A stretch of DNA of 40,551 bases from sequence record DRR378314_1077. One strand, given 5' to 3'. The position numbers and the translations under genes were made by a program. The notes under the pieces were generated by a model. The model was given only the letters and a program-made list of their open reading frames with translations, made no database searches and was not told the DNA's origin. Of this stretch, positions 28,319 through 36,974 are shown in pieces (the first letter of the stretch is position 1; each line of letters opens with the position of its first letter).

Positions 28319-29524
28319 ATGATGGATCGTCCGGAATTTTATCGTTTTCATCAGGGGGACAAGACACTTCCCTTTGCCCCAGCGGAATATGAAGCCCGAT
28401 TAAAAGGGCTGCGCCGCGAAATGGACCGTACAGGTGTGGATGCATGCGTTTTCACCTCCATGCAGAATATCGCGTATTATTCGGGGTTTTTATATTGCAC
28501 TTTTGGGCGGCCATACGGACTTGTTGTCACAGCGTCACAGAGCGTTACTATCAGCGCTGGGATTGACTGCGCGCAGCCCTGGAGGCGGTGTTATGGCGAT
28601 AACATCACCTACACAGATTGGCAGCGGAATAATTATTGGCGCGCGATCTGCTCTGTGACCGGTGAGAATAAAGTTATCGGATTTGAAGGGGATCACCTAA
28701 CTCTTCAACAAAAAAATTTATTGGACAGCTTTTTAAGTCCGGCTAAGGCTATCGATATGGCGACGATGACCATGCGCCAGCGAATGTATAAATCAAGTGC
28801 TGAAATTAAATTGATCAGACAAGGGGCTGCTGTTGCTGATGCTGGCGGGTATGCGATCAGGGATGCAATTAAGCCGGAGGCTAGAGAGATAGATGTAGCG
28901 ATGGCTGGGCGGAATGCAATGGAGCTGGAAATCGCACGCCGCTTTCCGGATGCTGAATACCGAGATACATGGGTTTGGTTTCAATCCGGAATTAATACGG
29001 ATGGTGCCCATAATCCGGTTACTGCCCGGCAATTGGAACGGGGAGACATTCTCAGCTTAAATACCTTTCCCATGATTTCCGGTTATTATACAGCGCTTGA
29101 ACGTACCTTATTCGTTCAAGAGGTTGACCCTGCCAGTTTAAAGATTTGGGAAACCAACGTCGCCGCTCATGAATATGGTATCAGCCTGCTGAAACCAGGG
29201 GTTTCCTGCGCTGAAGTGACAGAGAAGATCAACTGTTTCTTCGCGGAGCGGGATCTCTTGCAATATCGAACATTCGGGTATGGCCATTCTTTTGGTGTCC
29301 TGTCTCATTACTACGGCCGCGAAGCGGGTCTGGAGCTGCGCGAGGATGTAGATACGGTTTTAGAGCCGGGAATGGTGATTTCCATGGAACCGATGTTGAC
29401 CATTCCTGATGGGCAGCCTGGCGGGGGTGGTTACCGGGAACATGACATTCTTGTCATCATCGAAGACGGCAACGAGAATATAACTGGCTATCCTTATGGT
29501 CCTGAATTTAATTTGGTGGGTTAG
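28319..29524 (+). CDS. Creatinase (creatine amidinohydrolase), M24/pita-bread fold
   Basis: Motifs YYSGFLYC.FGRPYG, QPWRR, YTDWQR, WFQSGINTDGAHNP, FPMI.GYYTALERT and YGHSFGVLSHYYGREAGLELRED; AGAAGGA RBS. Confidence 0.9.
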   Translation: MMDRPEFYRFHQGDKTLPFAPAEYEARLKGLRREMDRTGVDACVFTSMQNIAYYSGFLYCTFGRPYGLVVTASQSVTISAGIDCAQPWRRCYGDNITYTDWQRNNYWRAICSVTGENKVIGFEGDHLTLQQKNLLDSFLSPAKAIDMATMTMRQRMYKSSAEIKLIRQGAAVADAGGYAIRDAIKPEAREIDVAMAGRNAMELEIARRFPDAEYRDTWVWFQSGINTDGAHNPVTARQLERGDILSLNTFPMISGYYTALERTLFVQEVDPASLKIWETNVAAHEYGISLLKPGVSCAEVTEKINCFFAERDLLQYRTFGYGHSFGVLSHYYGREAGLELREDVDTVLEPGMVISMEPMLTIPDGQPGGGGYREHDILVIIEDGNENITGYPYGPEFNLVG

Positions 29525-29552
29525 AAAAAAGCAGGGAAATGCTCCCCTTTTT
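29525..29552. terminator. Probable bidirectional terminator
   Basis: AAAAAAG-CA-GGGA-AATGC-TCCC-CTTTTT between the convergent creatinase and LysR genes. Confidence 0.4.
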
Positions 29553-29564
29553 GCAGTTCCAGAG

Positions 29565-30446
29565 TTATGTGCCAGTTATGGTTAGCCAATCAGCAAAAAT
29601 TCGGGCTTTTTCTGACGCTTTTTGATGAATGTTTAAGTAAAAGCCCATGGGGGCCGGGATGCTATCGGGGACCAGTTGAATCAACTGTTCTTCCTGGATC
29701 AGTTTTCTGACTAGCCGGTCCCACCCCAAAATGGCCCCCACGTCATCTTGTGCGGCTTGCAGGGCAATCATGTAGTTGTTGAGGAAAAAGCCACGTCCTC
29801 TGGGCCCGTCGTAATTCAGTTCAAGAAGCCAGTCATTCCAGGTTGTCCAGCCTGTCTCATCATTCTGGACATGAATTAAGGGGACTTTCTGGAGGTCTTT
29901 AACAGTGTGGATGTCATGGTCTTGAGCAAATTGCCGGGTGCCCAAAGCAATGATATTACCTTGGAAGAGCCTCCGCTCATCACTTCCATCGTCCATTGGG
30001 TTGCTATACTGAACGCTTAGATCGCACCGGGTTGTCATTTCCGAAACATCGCTGACGATTTGCGAAATAGTGATATCTGGATGTGTTTTCCAAAATTGTG
30101 AAATCTTTGGAGTGAGCCAGAATGAACTCACAGCCGTTGTTGTTCGAATGGTGACATCAACTGTTTCTGGCTGATCCCGGAGCAGGATCACCGTGTCAGA
30201 GATTGTCTCAAACCCTCTTTGCAACGCAAAAAGGAGGAAGGCGCCTTTTTCGGTAAGCTCGACGCCGCGGTTGCTTCGCAGGAAAAGGTTGCATCCTAGA
30301 TCGATCTCAAGTGCTTTAATCCTGTGGCTGATAGCGGCAGGCGTGACGTTCATCTCCTGCGCTGCATTTTTAAAGCTAAGATTTCTGGCAGCCGCCTCGA
30401 AACAGACCAATGCATTTATGGATGCGAGATCGTAGGGTCGCTTCAT
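29565..30446 (-). CDS. LysR-family transcriptional regulator (GcvA-like)
   Basis: NALVCFEAAARNLSFKNAAQEMNVTPAAISHRIKALE HTH and GcvA-type substrate domain; divergent from the Rieske operon. Confidence 0.95.
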   Translation of the reverse strand: MKRPYDLASINALVCFEAAARNLSFKNAAQEMNVTPAAISHRIKALEIDLGCNLFLRSNRGVELTEKGAFLLFALQRGFETISDTVILLRDQPETVDVTIRTTTAVSSFWLTPKISQFWKTHPDITISQIVSDVSEMTTRCDLSVQYSNPMDDGSDERRLFQGNIIALGTRQFAQDHDIHTVKDLQKVPLIHVQNDETGWTTWNDWLLELNYDGPRGRGFFLNNYMIALQAAQDDVGAILGWDRLVRKLIQEEQLIQLVPDSIPAPMGFYLNIHQKASEKARIFADWLTITGT

Positions 30447-30501
30447 TTTTGATGTCGCCTATAATTTGCCCAGAAAGAGATAATTTCTTGGGCGTTTAGA
30501 G

Positions 30502-30516
30502 GTTAGCTCAGCTAAT
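30502..30516. promoter_or_regulatory. LysR recognition box (T-N11-A palindrome)
   Basis: gTTAGC-TCA-GCTAAt between the LysR and Rieske genes, including the CTAAT core seen in GcvA sites; -35-like TTGTCA at 30538-30543. Confidence 0.65.
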
Positions 30517-30603
30517 CCAGGTTGAAAATAAATACTATTGTCAAATTATGCATAGGCGTCAAAACTTTCTGTAACTGAAATCTAAAATAGATGGAACTTG
30601 GCC

Positions 30604-31845
30604 ATGACGGTTGTTTCTCATTCTATCCTTGAAATGTTGGCTCGCCGAAGATCTGGGTTTTCCTTCGAACGGGACTTTTATAACTCTCAGTTCGTTTACG
30701 ATCTGGATTTGGAACATATTTTTTACAAGCAATGGCTTTTTGCCATACCTGCCTGTGAGCTTTCTAAAGCGGGTGAATATGTCCTGCATCAGGTTGGCGC
30801 ATTTTCAGTAATCCTGGTCCGAGGAGATGACGGAAAAATTAGAGCCTTCCATAACACCTGTCGGCATCGGGGGTCGGTGTTATGTAAATCCAGGAAAGGC
30901 CGAAACCCTAAACTTGTCTGCCCCTATCATCAATGGACCTATGATTTAGAAGGGGCACTTGTTTGGGCGCGGGATATGGGTGAGAGTTTTGAGCCTGGTG
31001 ACTATGGGTTAAAGTCGGTCCACTGTCGCAATATTCACGGTCTAATTTATCTTTGTCTGGCTGAGGAGGCTCCTGACATCGAGCCCTTTGCTGCAGCGGC
31101 CTCACACTATCTGGCGCCGCATGATCTGGAAAACTCCAAGGTCGCATATGAAAGTTCAATTATCGAAAATGGGAATTGGAAACTTGTCTGGGAGAATAAT
31201 CGAGAATGTTACCATTGCGGAGGTAATCATCCATCTCTTTGCCGAACCTTTCCCGAAGATGCGCGTTTGATCGGCAATATTGGCGACGGGTCCATGGCTC
31301 CACTATTGGAGCAGCATGTGCAGCGATGTGAAGCCGTGGGCGCGCCCTCAACTTTGACAACAGGCGAGGAGGGAGATTGGCGATTTGTACGTCCACCGCT
31401 TTTAGGCGCAGGTGAGAGTTATACGCTGGACACAAAAGCTGCTGTTGCAATTCCGAATTCCTCCATTCCTTTTAAAGATGCAGGCTCGCTTCTCTATTTT
31501 AATTTACCGACAACATGGAACCATTTTCTGGCAGATCATTCCCTTGTTTTCCGGGTGTCACCGATCAGTCCGACGGAAACCGAAGTCTGTACTAAATGGC
31601 TGGTCCATAAAGATGCCGAGGAGGGGCGGGACTATGACCTGAACCGCCTTACCGAAGTGTGGCTGACAACCAACGCTGAAGATAAAGAGGTGGTTGAGAA
31701 TAATCAGAAGGGGATTCAATCACCTGCTTATGAAGTTGGTCCTTATTCTGAAATTCAGGAGGGTGGTGTTATTCAGTTCACAGATTGGTATGTTAAATCT
31801 TTGAGTGAAGCACTTAGCCTCTCAACCCTGGTTGCGGCGGAGTAG
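30604..31845 (+). CDS. Rieske non-heme iron N-demethylating oxygenase, alpha subunit (Stc2/HpbB/GbcA family; probably proline betaine demethylase)
   Basis: Rieske CRHRG...CPYHQW; mononuclear Fe ligands NWKLVWENNRECYHC..NH and ED; KWLVHKDAEEG.DYDL. ATG at 30604 (TTG at 30598 possible). Confidence 0.9.
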   Translation: MTVVSHSILEMLARRRSGFSFERDFYNSQFVYDLDLEHIFYKQWLFAIPACELSKAGEYVLHQVGAFSVILVRGDDGKIRAFHNTCRHRGSVLCKSRKGRNPKLVCPYHQWTYDLEGALVWARDMGESFEPGDYGLKSVHCRNIHGLIYLCLAEEAPDIEPFAAAASHYLAPHDLENSKVAYESSIIENGNWKLVWENNRECYHCGGNHPSLCRTFPEDARLIGNIGDGSMAPLLEQHVQRCEAVGAPSTLTTGEEGDWRFVRPPLLGAGESYTLDTKAAVAIPNSSIPFKDAGSLLYFNLPTTWNHFLADHSLVFRVSPISPTETEVCTKWLVHKDAEEGRDYDLNRLTEVWLTTNAEDKEVVENNQKGIQSPAYEVGPYSEIQEGGVIQFTDWYVKSLSEALSLSTLVAAE

Positions 31846-31848
31846 GTT

Positions 31849-32916
31849 ATGTCGGGGCTCGAAAAACCAACGCTCGCCTTTTGGCGGGATATAGAATTTC
31901 TGGAATGCGTTTCATTCCTGCCAGAAGCACCGAATGTCATGACATTCTCTTTTCAGCCAATGTCGGGTGCTTTGTTTAGTTATGATCCGGGCCAGTTCCT
32001 GACGCTGGAACTACCCGTGGCAGATGGCCCCCTTTATCGGACCTTTACCATTTCGTCGTCGCCAACGCGGCCGACGTCGTTATCCATTACCGTGAAAGCT
32101 CAAGCTGATTCCATTGGAACCCGCTGGATGCTAGACAATTTACGGCCCGGAATGCAGTTAAAAGTCAGAGGCCCAGCCGGTGATTTTTCCCTCGTTCATA
32201 ATCCCTCTGATCGATATTTGTTTGTTTCTGCGGGATCTGGTGTGACACCGATGATGTCCATGACAACATATCTTTATGATGCGGGTCGTGACCCTGACAT
32301 TGTTTTCGTAAATTGTGCTCGCCGTCCCTCAGATATTATTTTTAAGGAAGCGCTGGAGCATATGGCTACGCGCATCACTGGAATTGATTTGAAATGGGTG
32401 GTGGAGGAAGCTGACCCTTTCAAACCTTGGACTGGTTATCTCGGAACCTTCAATCAGTTAATGCTGGGTTTGATGGCCCAGGACTATTTGGAGCGGGAAG
32501 TTTTCTGCTGTGGACCGGAGCCGTTCATGCAGACTGTCCGAGAGGTTCTCATCGGTTTGGGTTTTGATATGGATCACTATCATCAGGAGAGTTTCCATCC
32601 GCCGGCGCCAGACCATCAGCAACTTGCAGATGATGTGGTGCCTGATGAGAAAACCAATGCAGTCGTTGATTTTTTGTCTTCCGGCATTGTTGCCAACTGT
32701 GCCCAAACGGATACCATTCTTGCTGCGGCCCGGAATGCAGGGTTGGTGATCCCATATGGTTGCTCCATGGGAATTTGTGGCACTTGTAAGGTTCGTAAAT
32801 TGGAGGGCCAGGTTCACATGGTGCATAACGGTGGAATTACGGATGAGGATATTGAAGAGGGGTATATTTTATCCTGTTGTTCCAATCCGATCGGACATGT
32901 CAAGATCGAGGCATGA
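31849..32916 (+). CDS. FAD/NAD-binding reductase with C-terminal 2Fe-2S domain (GbcB/Stc3-4-like partner of the Rieske oxygenase)
   Basis: Motifs PGQFLT, RTFTISS, AGSGVTP, CCGPEPFM, ESF and C..GICGTC...C ferredoxin. Confidence 0.92.
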   Translation: MSGLEKPTLAFWRDIEFLECVSFLPEAPNVMTFSFQPMSGALFSYDPGQFLTLELPVADGPLYRTFTISSSPTRPTSLSITVKAQADSIGTRWMLDNLRPGMQLKVRGPAGDFSLVHNPSDRYLFVSAGSGVTPMMSMTTYLYDAGRDPDIVFVNCARRPSDIIFKEALEHMATRITGIDLKWVVEEADPFKPWTGYLGTFNQLMLGLMAQDYLEREVFCCGPEPFMQTVREVLIGLGFDMDHYHQESFHPPAPDHQQLADDVVPDEKTNAVVDFLSSGIVANCAQTDTILAAARNAGLVIPYGCSMGICGTCKVRKLEGQVHMVHNGGITDEDIEEGYILSCCSNPIGHVKIEA

Positions 32917-32970
32917 TCGAACCTTTAGGAGTTGCAGTTCCAATAACGAAGCCTGAAACAGAGGTTACAT

Positions 32971-35007
32971 ATGTCTTCTGATCCAATTCTCCAGCCCTAT
33001 CAGCTAAAGCATTTAACATTGCGAAACCGCATTATCATGACATCTCATGAACCGGCCTATCCTGAAGACGGTCTGCCAAAAGAAAGGTACAGAGCCTATC
33101 ATGTGGAGCGGGCAAAAGGGGGCGTTGCAATGACCATGACGGCTGGATCGGCCGCAGTTTCCAAGGATAGTCCCCCGGTTTTCAACAATCTGCTGGTGTA
33201 CAAGGATGAAGTCGTCCCATGGATGAAAGATCTGACTGATGCCATCCATGAGCAGGGGGCGGCAGTTATGATCCAACTCACCCATTTGGGGCGGCGAACG
33301 CGATGGGATAAAGAATATTGGCTTCCTGTTGTCTCTGCATCCCATGAGCGAGAGGCTGCGCATCGCGCATTCCCAAAGAAGGCAGAAGACTGGGATGTGG
33401 AGAGAATAATCAAGGATTATGCAGATGCTGCTGAACGGATGAAGGCCGGGGGCATGGATGGAATTGAATTGCAGGCCTATGGACATTTGCTTGATCAATT
33501 CTGGTCACCGCTCACCAACGATTTGGAGGGGCCTTATGGCGGATCTTTGGAAAACCGATTGAAGCTGACATTTAAAGTGTTGACTGAAATCCGCAAACGA
33601 GTGGGCCCGGATTTTATTGTTGGTATTCGATATACTGGCGATGAAGACTTGGCGGGAGGATTGAGTAAAGAGGATGGCCTTTCCATTTCAAAGCGGTTGA
33701 AAGACAGTGGCCAAATTGATTTTTTGAATGTAATTCGGGGACATATCGATACGGATGCTGGTTTGACGGATGTGATCCCAATTCAAGGCATGGCAAATTC
33801 ACCCCATCTGGATTTTGCGGGGGAAATTCGGGCGGCAACTGATTTCCCCACATTTCATGCCGCTAAGATTCCAGATGTTGCTACGGCTCGCCATGCTATC
33901 GCCTCTGGCAAGGTGGATATGGTTGGAATGACCCGGGCACATATGACAGATCCACATATTGTTCGTAAAATAATCGAGAAAAGAGAAGAGGATATTCGAC
34001 CATGTGTGGGGGCTAATTATTGCCTGGATCGGATTTATCAGGGCGGGGCAGCTCATTGTATTCACAATCCGGCAACGGGGCGTGAGACCGCCATCCCTCA
34101 TATTATGGAGAAGGCTGCGAAGCGTAAAAAAGTTGTCGTTATTGGTGCCGGTCCTGGTGGGCTTGAAGCTGCTCGCGTCGCGGGAGAACGGGGCCATGAT
34201 GTTGTGGTTCATGAAGCGGCAAGTGATCCCGGGGGTCAGGTCCGTTTGACGGCGCAAAGCACTCGACGCAAGGAAATGATCAGTATAATTGATTGGCGTG
34301 CTAATCAGTGCCTGTCATATGGTGTTCAATTTCACTTCAACAGTTGGGCCGAAATGGACACAGTGCGTGCGGAAAACCCTGATGTGGTCATTGTTGCAAC
34401 CGGGGGATTACCGCATACAGAGGTTCTATCTTATGGAAATGATCTGGTTGTTTCTTCCTGGGACATTATTTCTGGAGATGTGAAGCCGGGTAACACTGTC
34501 CTGATTTATGATGATGCGGGCGATCATGCTGCATTGCAAGCCGCCGAAATTGTCGCGCAAGCGGGTGCAAAGACTGAAATCATGACGCCGGATCGGTCAT
34601 TTGCGCCGGAAGTGATGGCAATGAACCTGGTGCCTTATATGCGAAGCCTTCAGAAACTCGATACGACATTTACTGTGACCTACCGGCTTATGGCCGTTGA
34701 AAAGCAGGGGAACCAGTTGATTGCTAAAGTTGGCAGTGATTATGGTGGCGTTTATCAGGAACGGAACGTTGATCAAATCGTTGTCAATCATGGCACCCTT
34801 CCTCTTGATGAGCTGTATTTTGATCTTCGCGGCGGTTCCACCAATCTGGGGGAGGTGGATTATGAGGCGTTCATCAACGGCAAGCCGCAAACGGTTGTTC
34901 GTAACGAAAAAGGATCTTATCAGTTGTTTCGAATTGGGGATGCTGTTGCAGCCCGGAACACACATGCGGCAATCTATGATGCGGTGCGGCTAATGATGGT
35001 TGTCTAG
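32971..35007 (+). CDS. stcD: NADH:flavin oxidoreductase, N-methylproline demethylase StcD/HpbA-like
   Basis: 678 aa; DP.LQPYQLKHLTLRNRI..T.HEPAYPEDG.PKERYRAY, TAGSAAVSKDSPPVFNN, CVGANYC...C Fe-S motif, VIGAGPGG and RIGDAVAARN. Closely resembles rhizobial StcD as recalled. Confidence 0.88.
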   Translation: MSSDPILQPYQLKHLTLRNRIIMTSHEPAYPEDGLPKERYRAYHVERAKGGVAMTMTAGSAAVSKDSPPVFNNLLVYKDEVVPWMKDLTDAIHEQGAAVMIQLTHLGRRTRWDKEYWLPVVSASHEREAAHRAFPKKAEDWDVERIIKDYADAAERMKAGGMDGIELQAYGHLLDQFWSPLTNDLEGPYGGSLENRLKLTFKVLTEIRKRVGPDFIVGIRYTGDEDLAGGLSKEDGLSISKRLKDSGQIDFLNVIRGHIDTDAGLTDVIPIQGMANSPHLDFAGEIRAATDFPTFHAAKIPDVATARHAIASGKVDMVGMTRAHMTDPHIVRKIIEKREEDIRPCVGANYCLDRIYQGGAAHCIHNPATGRETAIPHIMEKAAKRKKVVVIGAGPGGLEAARVAGERGHDVVVHEAASDPGGQVRLTAQSTRRKEMISIIDWRANQCLSYGVQFHFNSWAEMDTVRAENPDVVIVATGGLPHTEVLSYGNDLVVSSWDIISGDVKPGNTVLIYDDAGDHAALQAAEIVAQAGAKTEIMTPDRSFAPEVMAMNLVPYMRSLQKLDTTFTVTYRLMAVEKQGNQLIAKVGSDYGGVYQERNVDQIVVNHGTLPLDELYFDLRGGSTNLGEVDYEAFINGKPQTVVRNEKGSYQLFRIGDAVAARNTHAAIYDAVRLMMVV

Positions 35008-35031
35008 GATGATTGAAGTGGATTAAAGCCG

Positions 35032-35775
35032 CTAGATTTGAAACAACTGGCCTGGCCCAGCATGTTCAGTTGGTAGATTTGCTAGCTTCAGCATGTGCCA
35101 CAGAAGGACTTGGTTGCTTGTCATAATCGGTTTGTTGATTTGTTGTTCTGCTTTTTCGATGATGCCAAAACTATTGATGTTGGTGCAGGATACAAAAATG
35201 CCATCGACATTTTGCTGTGCGCCCATCTTAAGCAGAGCGTCATAGACTGATTGAGTGCTAATTCGGGCTACGAGGGCTTCTTCAACCTGTTCAAAAGAAC
35301 CGAAAGCTGTAATTTCAATCCCATTTTGTTCCAGTAAGCCTCTCATCGCGGCTGAGACTTCAGCAACATAAGGAGTGACAAAGCCAATTCGTTTGAGTTT
35401 CAGAGCCTCAATTGCGTTAAGGACTGCTGTAATCGGGTCTGTGACTTTTACGGATGGGTGGTGCTGTTGAATCAGGTTCCGAACCGTTTCTTGTCCTATA
35501 TAAGTTGCCCCTGATGTGCAGGCATACCCGATAACGTCAAAATTTGCGGTTTTAGGTAAAAGTGAGGCGGCTGTGGGCAGGTCCTCTTTCATCTGCATTA
35601 ATGTTTCCGGTGTTAGATCCTCGCCACTTGGAATTCGGCTATGGTAGAGGCGGATTTCAGAGTCTTTTAAGACAGATCGCACTTCGGTTTCGAGCGTTTC
35701 ATCGGCTTGCAAAACAATAAGTCCGAGGGCGGCTTTTCGTGCCTTTGGATCTTCAAGATCGTATTTAAGTTTCAT
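35032..35775 (-). CDS. Asp/Glu racemase-maleate isomerase family protein (EutA-like)
   Basis: Motifs LGLIVLQADETLE, YACTSG, VTPY, FVSCTN and TSNQ..WH; two catalytic-type Cys. Confidence 0.88.
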   Translation of the reverse strand: MKLKYDLEDPKARKAALGLIVLQADETLETEVRSVLKDSEIRLYHSRIPSGEDLTPETLMQMKEDLPTAASLLPKTANFDVIGYACTSGATYIGQETVRNLIQQHHPSVKVTDPITAVLNAIEALKLKRIGFVTPYVAEVSAAMRGLLEQNGIEITAFGSFEQVEEALVARISTQSVYDALLKMGAQQNVDGIFVSCTNINSFGIIEKAEQQINKPIMTSNQVLLWHMLKLANLPTEHAGPGQLFQI

Positions 35776-35816
35776 TGTCCTTCCCCTCTGGTATCGCTTT
35801 TTACTGGGCCTGGCTT

Positions 35817-36974
35817 TTAGTTCATAAGAACCGGCAATTCTTCCGGCGCTGGCCGGGAAAGATATCTGGGGGCGCCATCCTGAATAAGTATATTTTCTTC
35901 ATGAACCATTATCCTCCCGCCTCCGAGAGAAAGGCTCGGCTCCAAGGTGATCACCATGTTTTCTTCCAGAACGGTCTCATCAAATTCAATTAGGGAAGGG
36001 GCTTCGGTCAGTTGCAGCCCAAGCCCGTGACCATAACGCCCCACATCTCCTGTTTCCTGATTAATGACTTTCTGCATGGTCGCGTGCAGATCTTTGCATC
36101 GGGTTCCAGGGCGGGCGCTTTCAAATGCGGCCTTGGTGGCGGTGATTAAAGTTTGATATGCGGATTTTGCGTGGTCACTTGCTCGTCCAAAAGCATAGTT
36201 TCGATCAAAATCACAGTAATATCCCTTGAACGTAGCACCTGTATCCAACATGAGGATGTCACCCTCCTGTAGGGGAGTGTCATCGGGCGGAGAAATTACA
36301 TCCGCATACCCATCCTGACCTGCACCACCCACTAAATAAGGAACGTTATCTGCGCCCTGGGCTAGGAGATCCGTTCGGAATGCGCGAAAGACATTATCCA
36401 AGCTCATACCCGTATGAAACATAGAGGCGGCGTTTTCAAAGCTGCTAGAAGCAACCGCACAGATATGTGCAATGATATCTATTTCTGCTTCTGATTTGAC
36501 CATCCTCAAATGCTGAATTTCAGCCGTAAAATCAACAAATGAGACACTTGGCAATTTTTGCTGAAGTGTCAAGAAGCTCTGGAGTGGCATTCGCAAGATA
36601 CTCTCCCTCCCCATGAGCATTCCAACTTTCTGAAAGGGTTCAAGGATTTCCGTTAGCAAGGAAATACCATCATCGGATGCGTGCGGCGAAGACCAGCTTC
36701 GGACATCATCAAGCCAGGTTTTACGCATCAATGCGCCGCCAATTTCCGGAATAATGGCGATCGGTTTTCGATCCCGTGGGATGACAAGAAACCACGGACG
36801 GGTCGGGCTTTGCCAAAATAGTGTCCGAAAACCTGTAAAATAATGCATCTCCGCTTCACTTGTGAAAAAAAGTGCGTCAAGGCCAGCAGCGTGCATCTTG
36901 GCGTGGGCCTTTTGAAGGCGGTTTTCAAACTCAGAAATTGGAAAGTCTCCGGAGAAATCTGGTTCAGCCGTCAT
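35817..36974 (-). CDS. M24 (Xaa-Pro peptidase/EutD-like) family hydrolase
   Basis: EFENRL, YFTGF, RMVKSEAEI; metal ligands LDTG, CDFDR, GHGLG, LEP and HEEN. Confidence 0.9.
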   Translation of the reverse strand: MTAEPDFSGDFPISEFENRLQKAHAKMHAAGLDALFFTSEAEMHYFTGFRTLFWQSPTRPWFLVIPRDRKPIAIIPEIGGALMRKTWLDDVRSWSSPHASDDGISLLTEILEPFQKVGMLMGRESILRMPLQSFLTLQQKLPSVSFVDFTAEIQHLRMVKSEAEIDIIAHICAVASSSFENAASMFHTGMSLDNVFRAFRTDLLAQGADNVPYLVGGAGQDGYADVISPPDDTPLQEGDILMLDTGATFKGYYCDFDRNYAFGRASDHAKSAYQTLITATKAAFESARPGTRCKDLHATMQKVINQETGDVGRYGHGLGLQLTEAPSLIEFDETVLEENMVITLEPSLSLGGGRIMVHEENILIQDGAPRYLSRPAPEELPVLMN

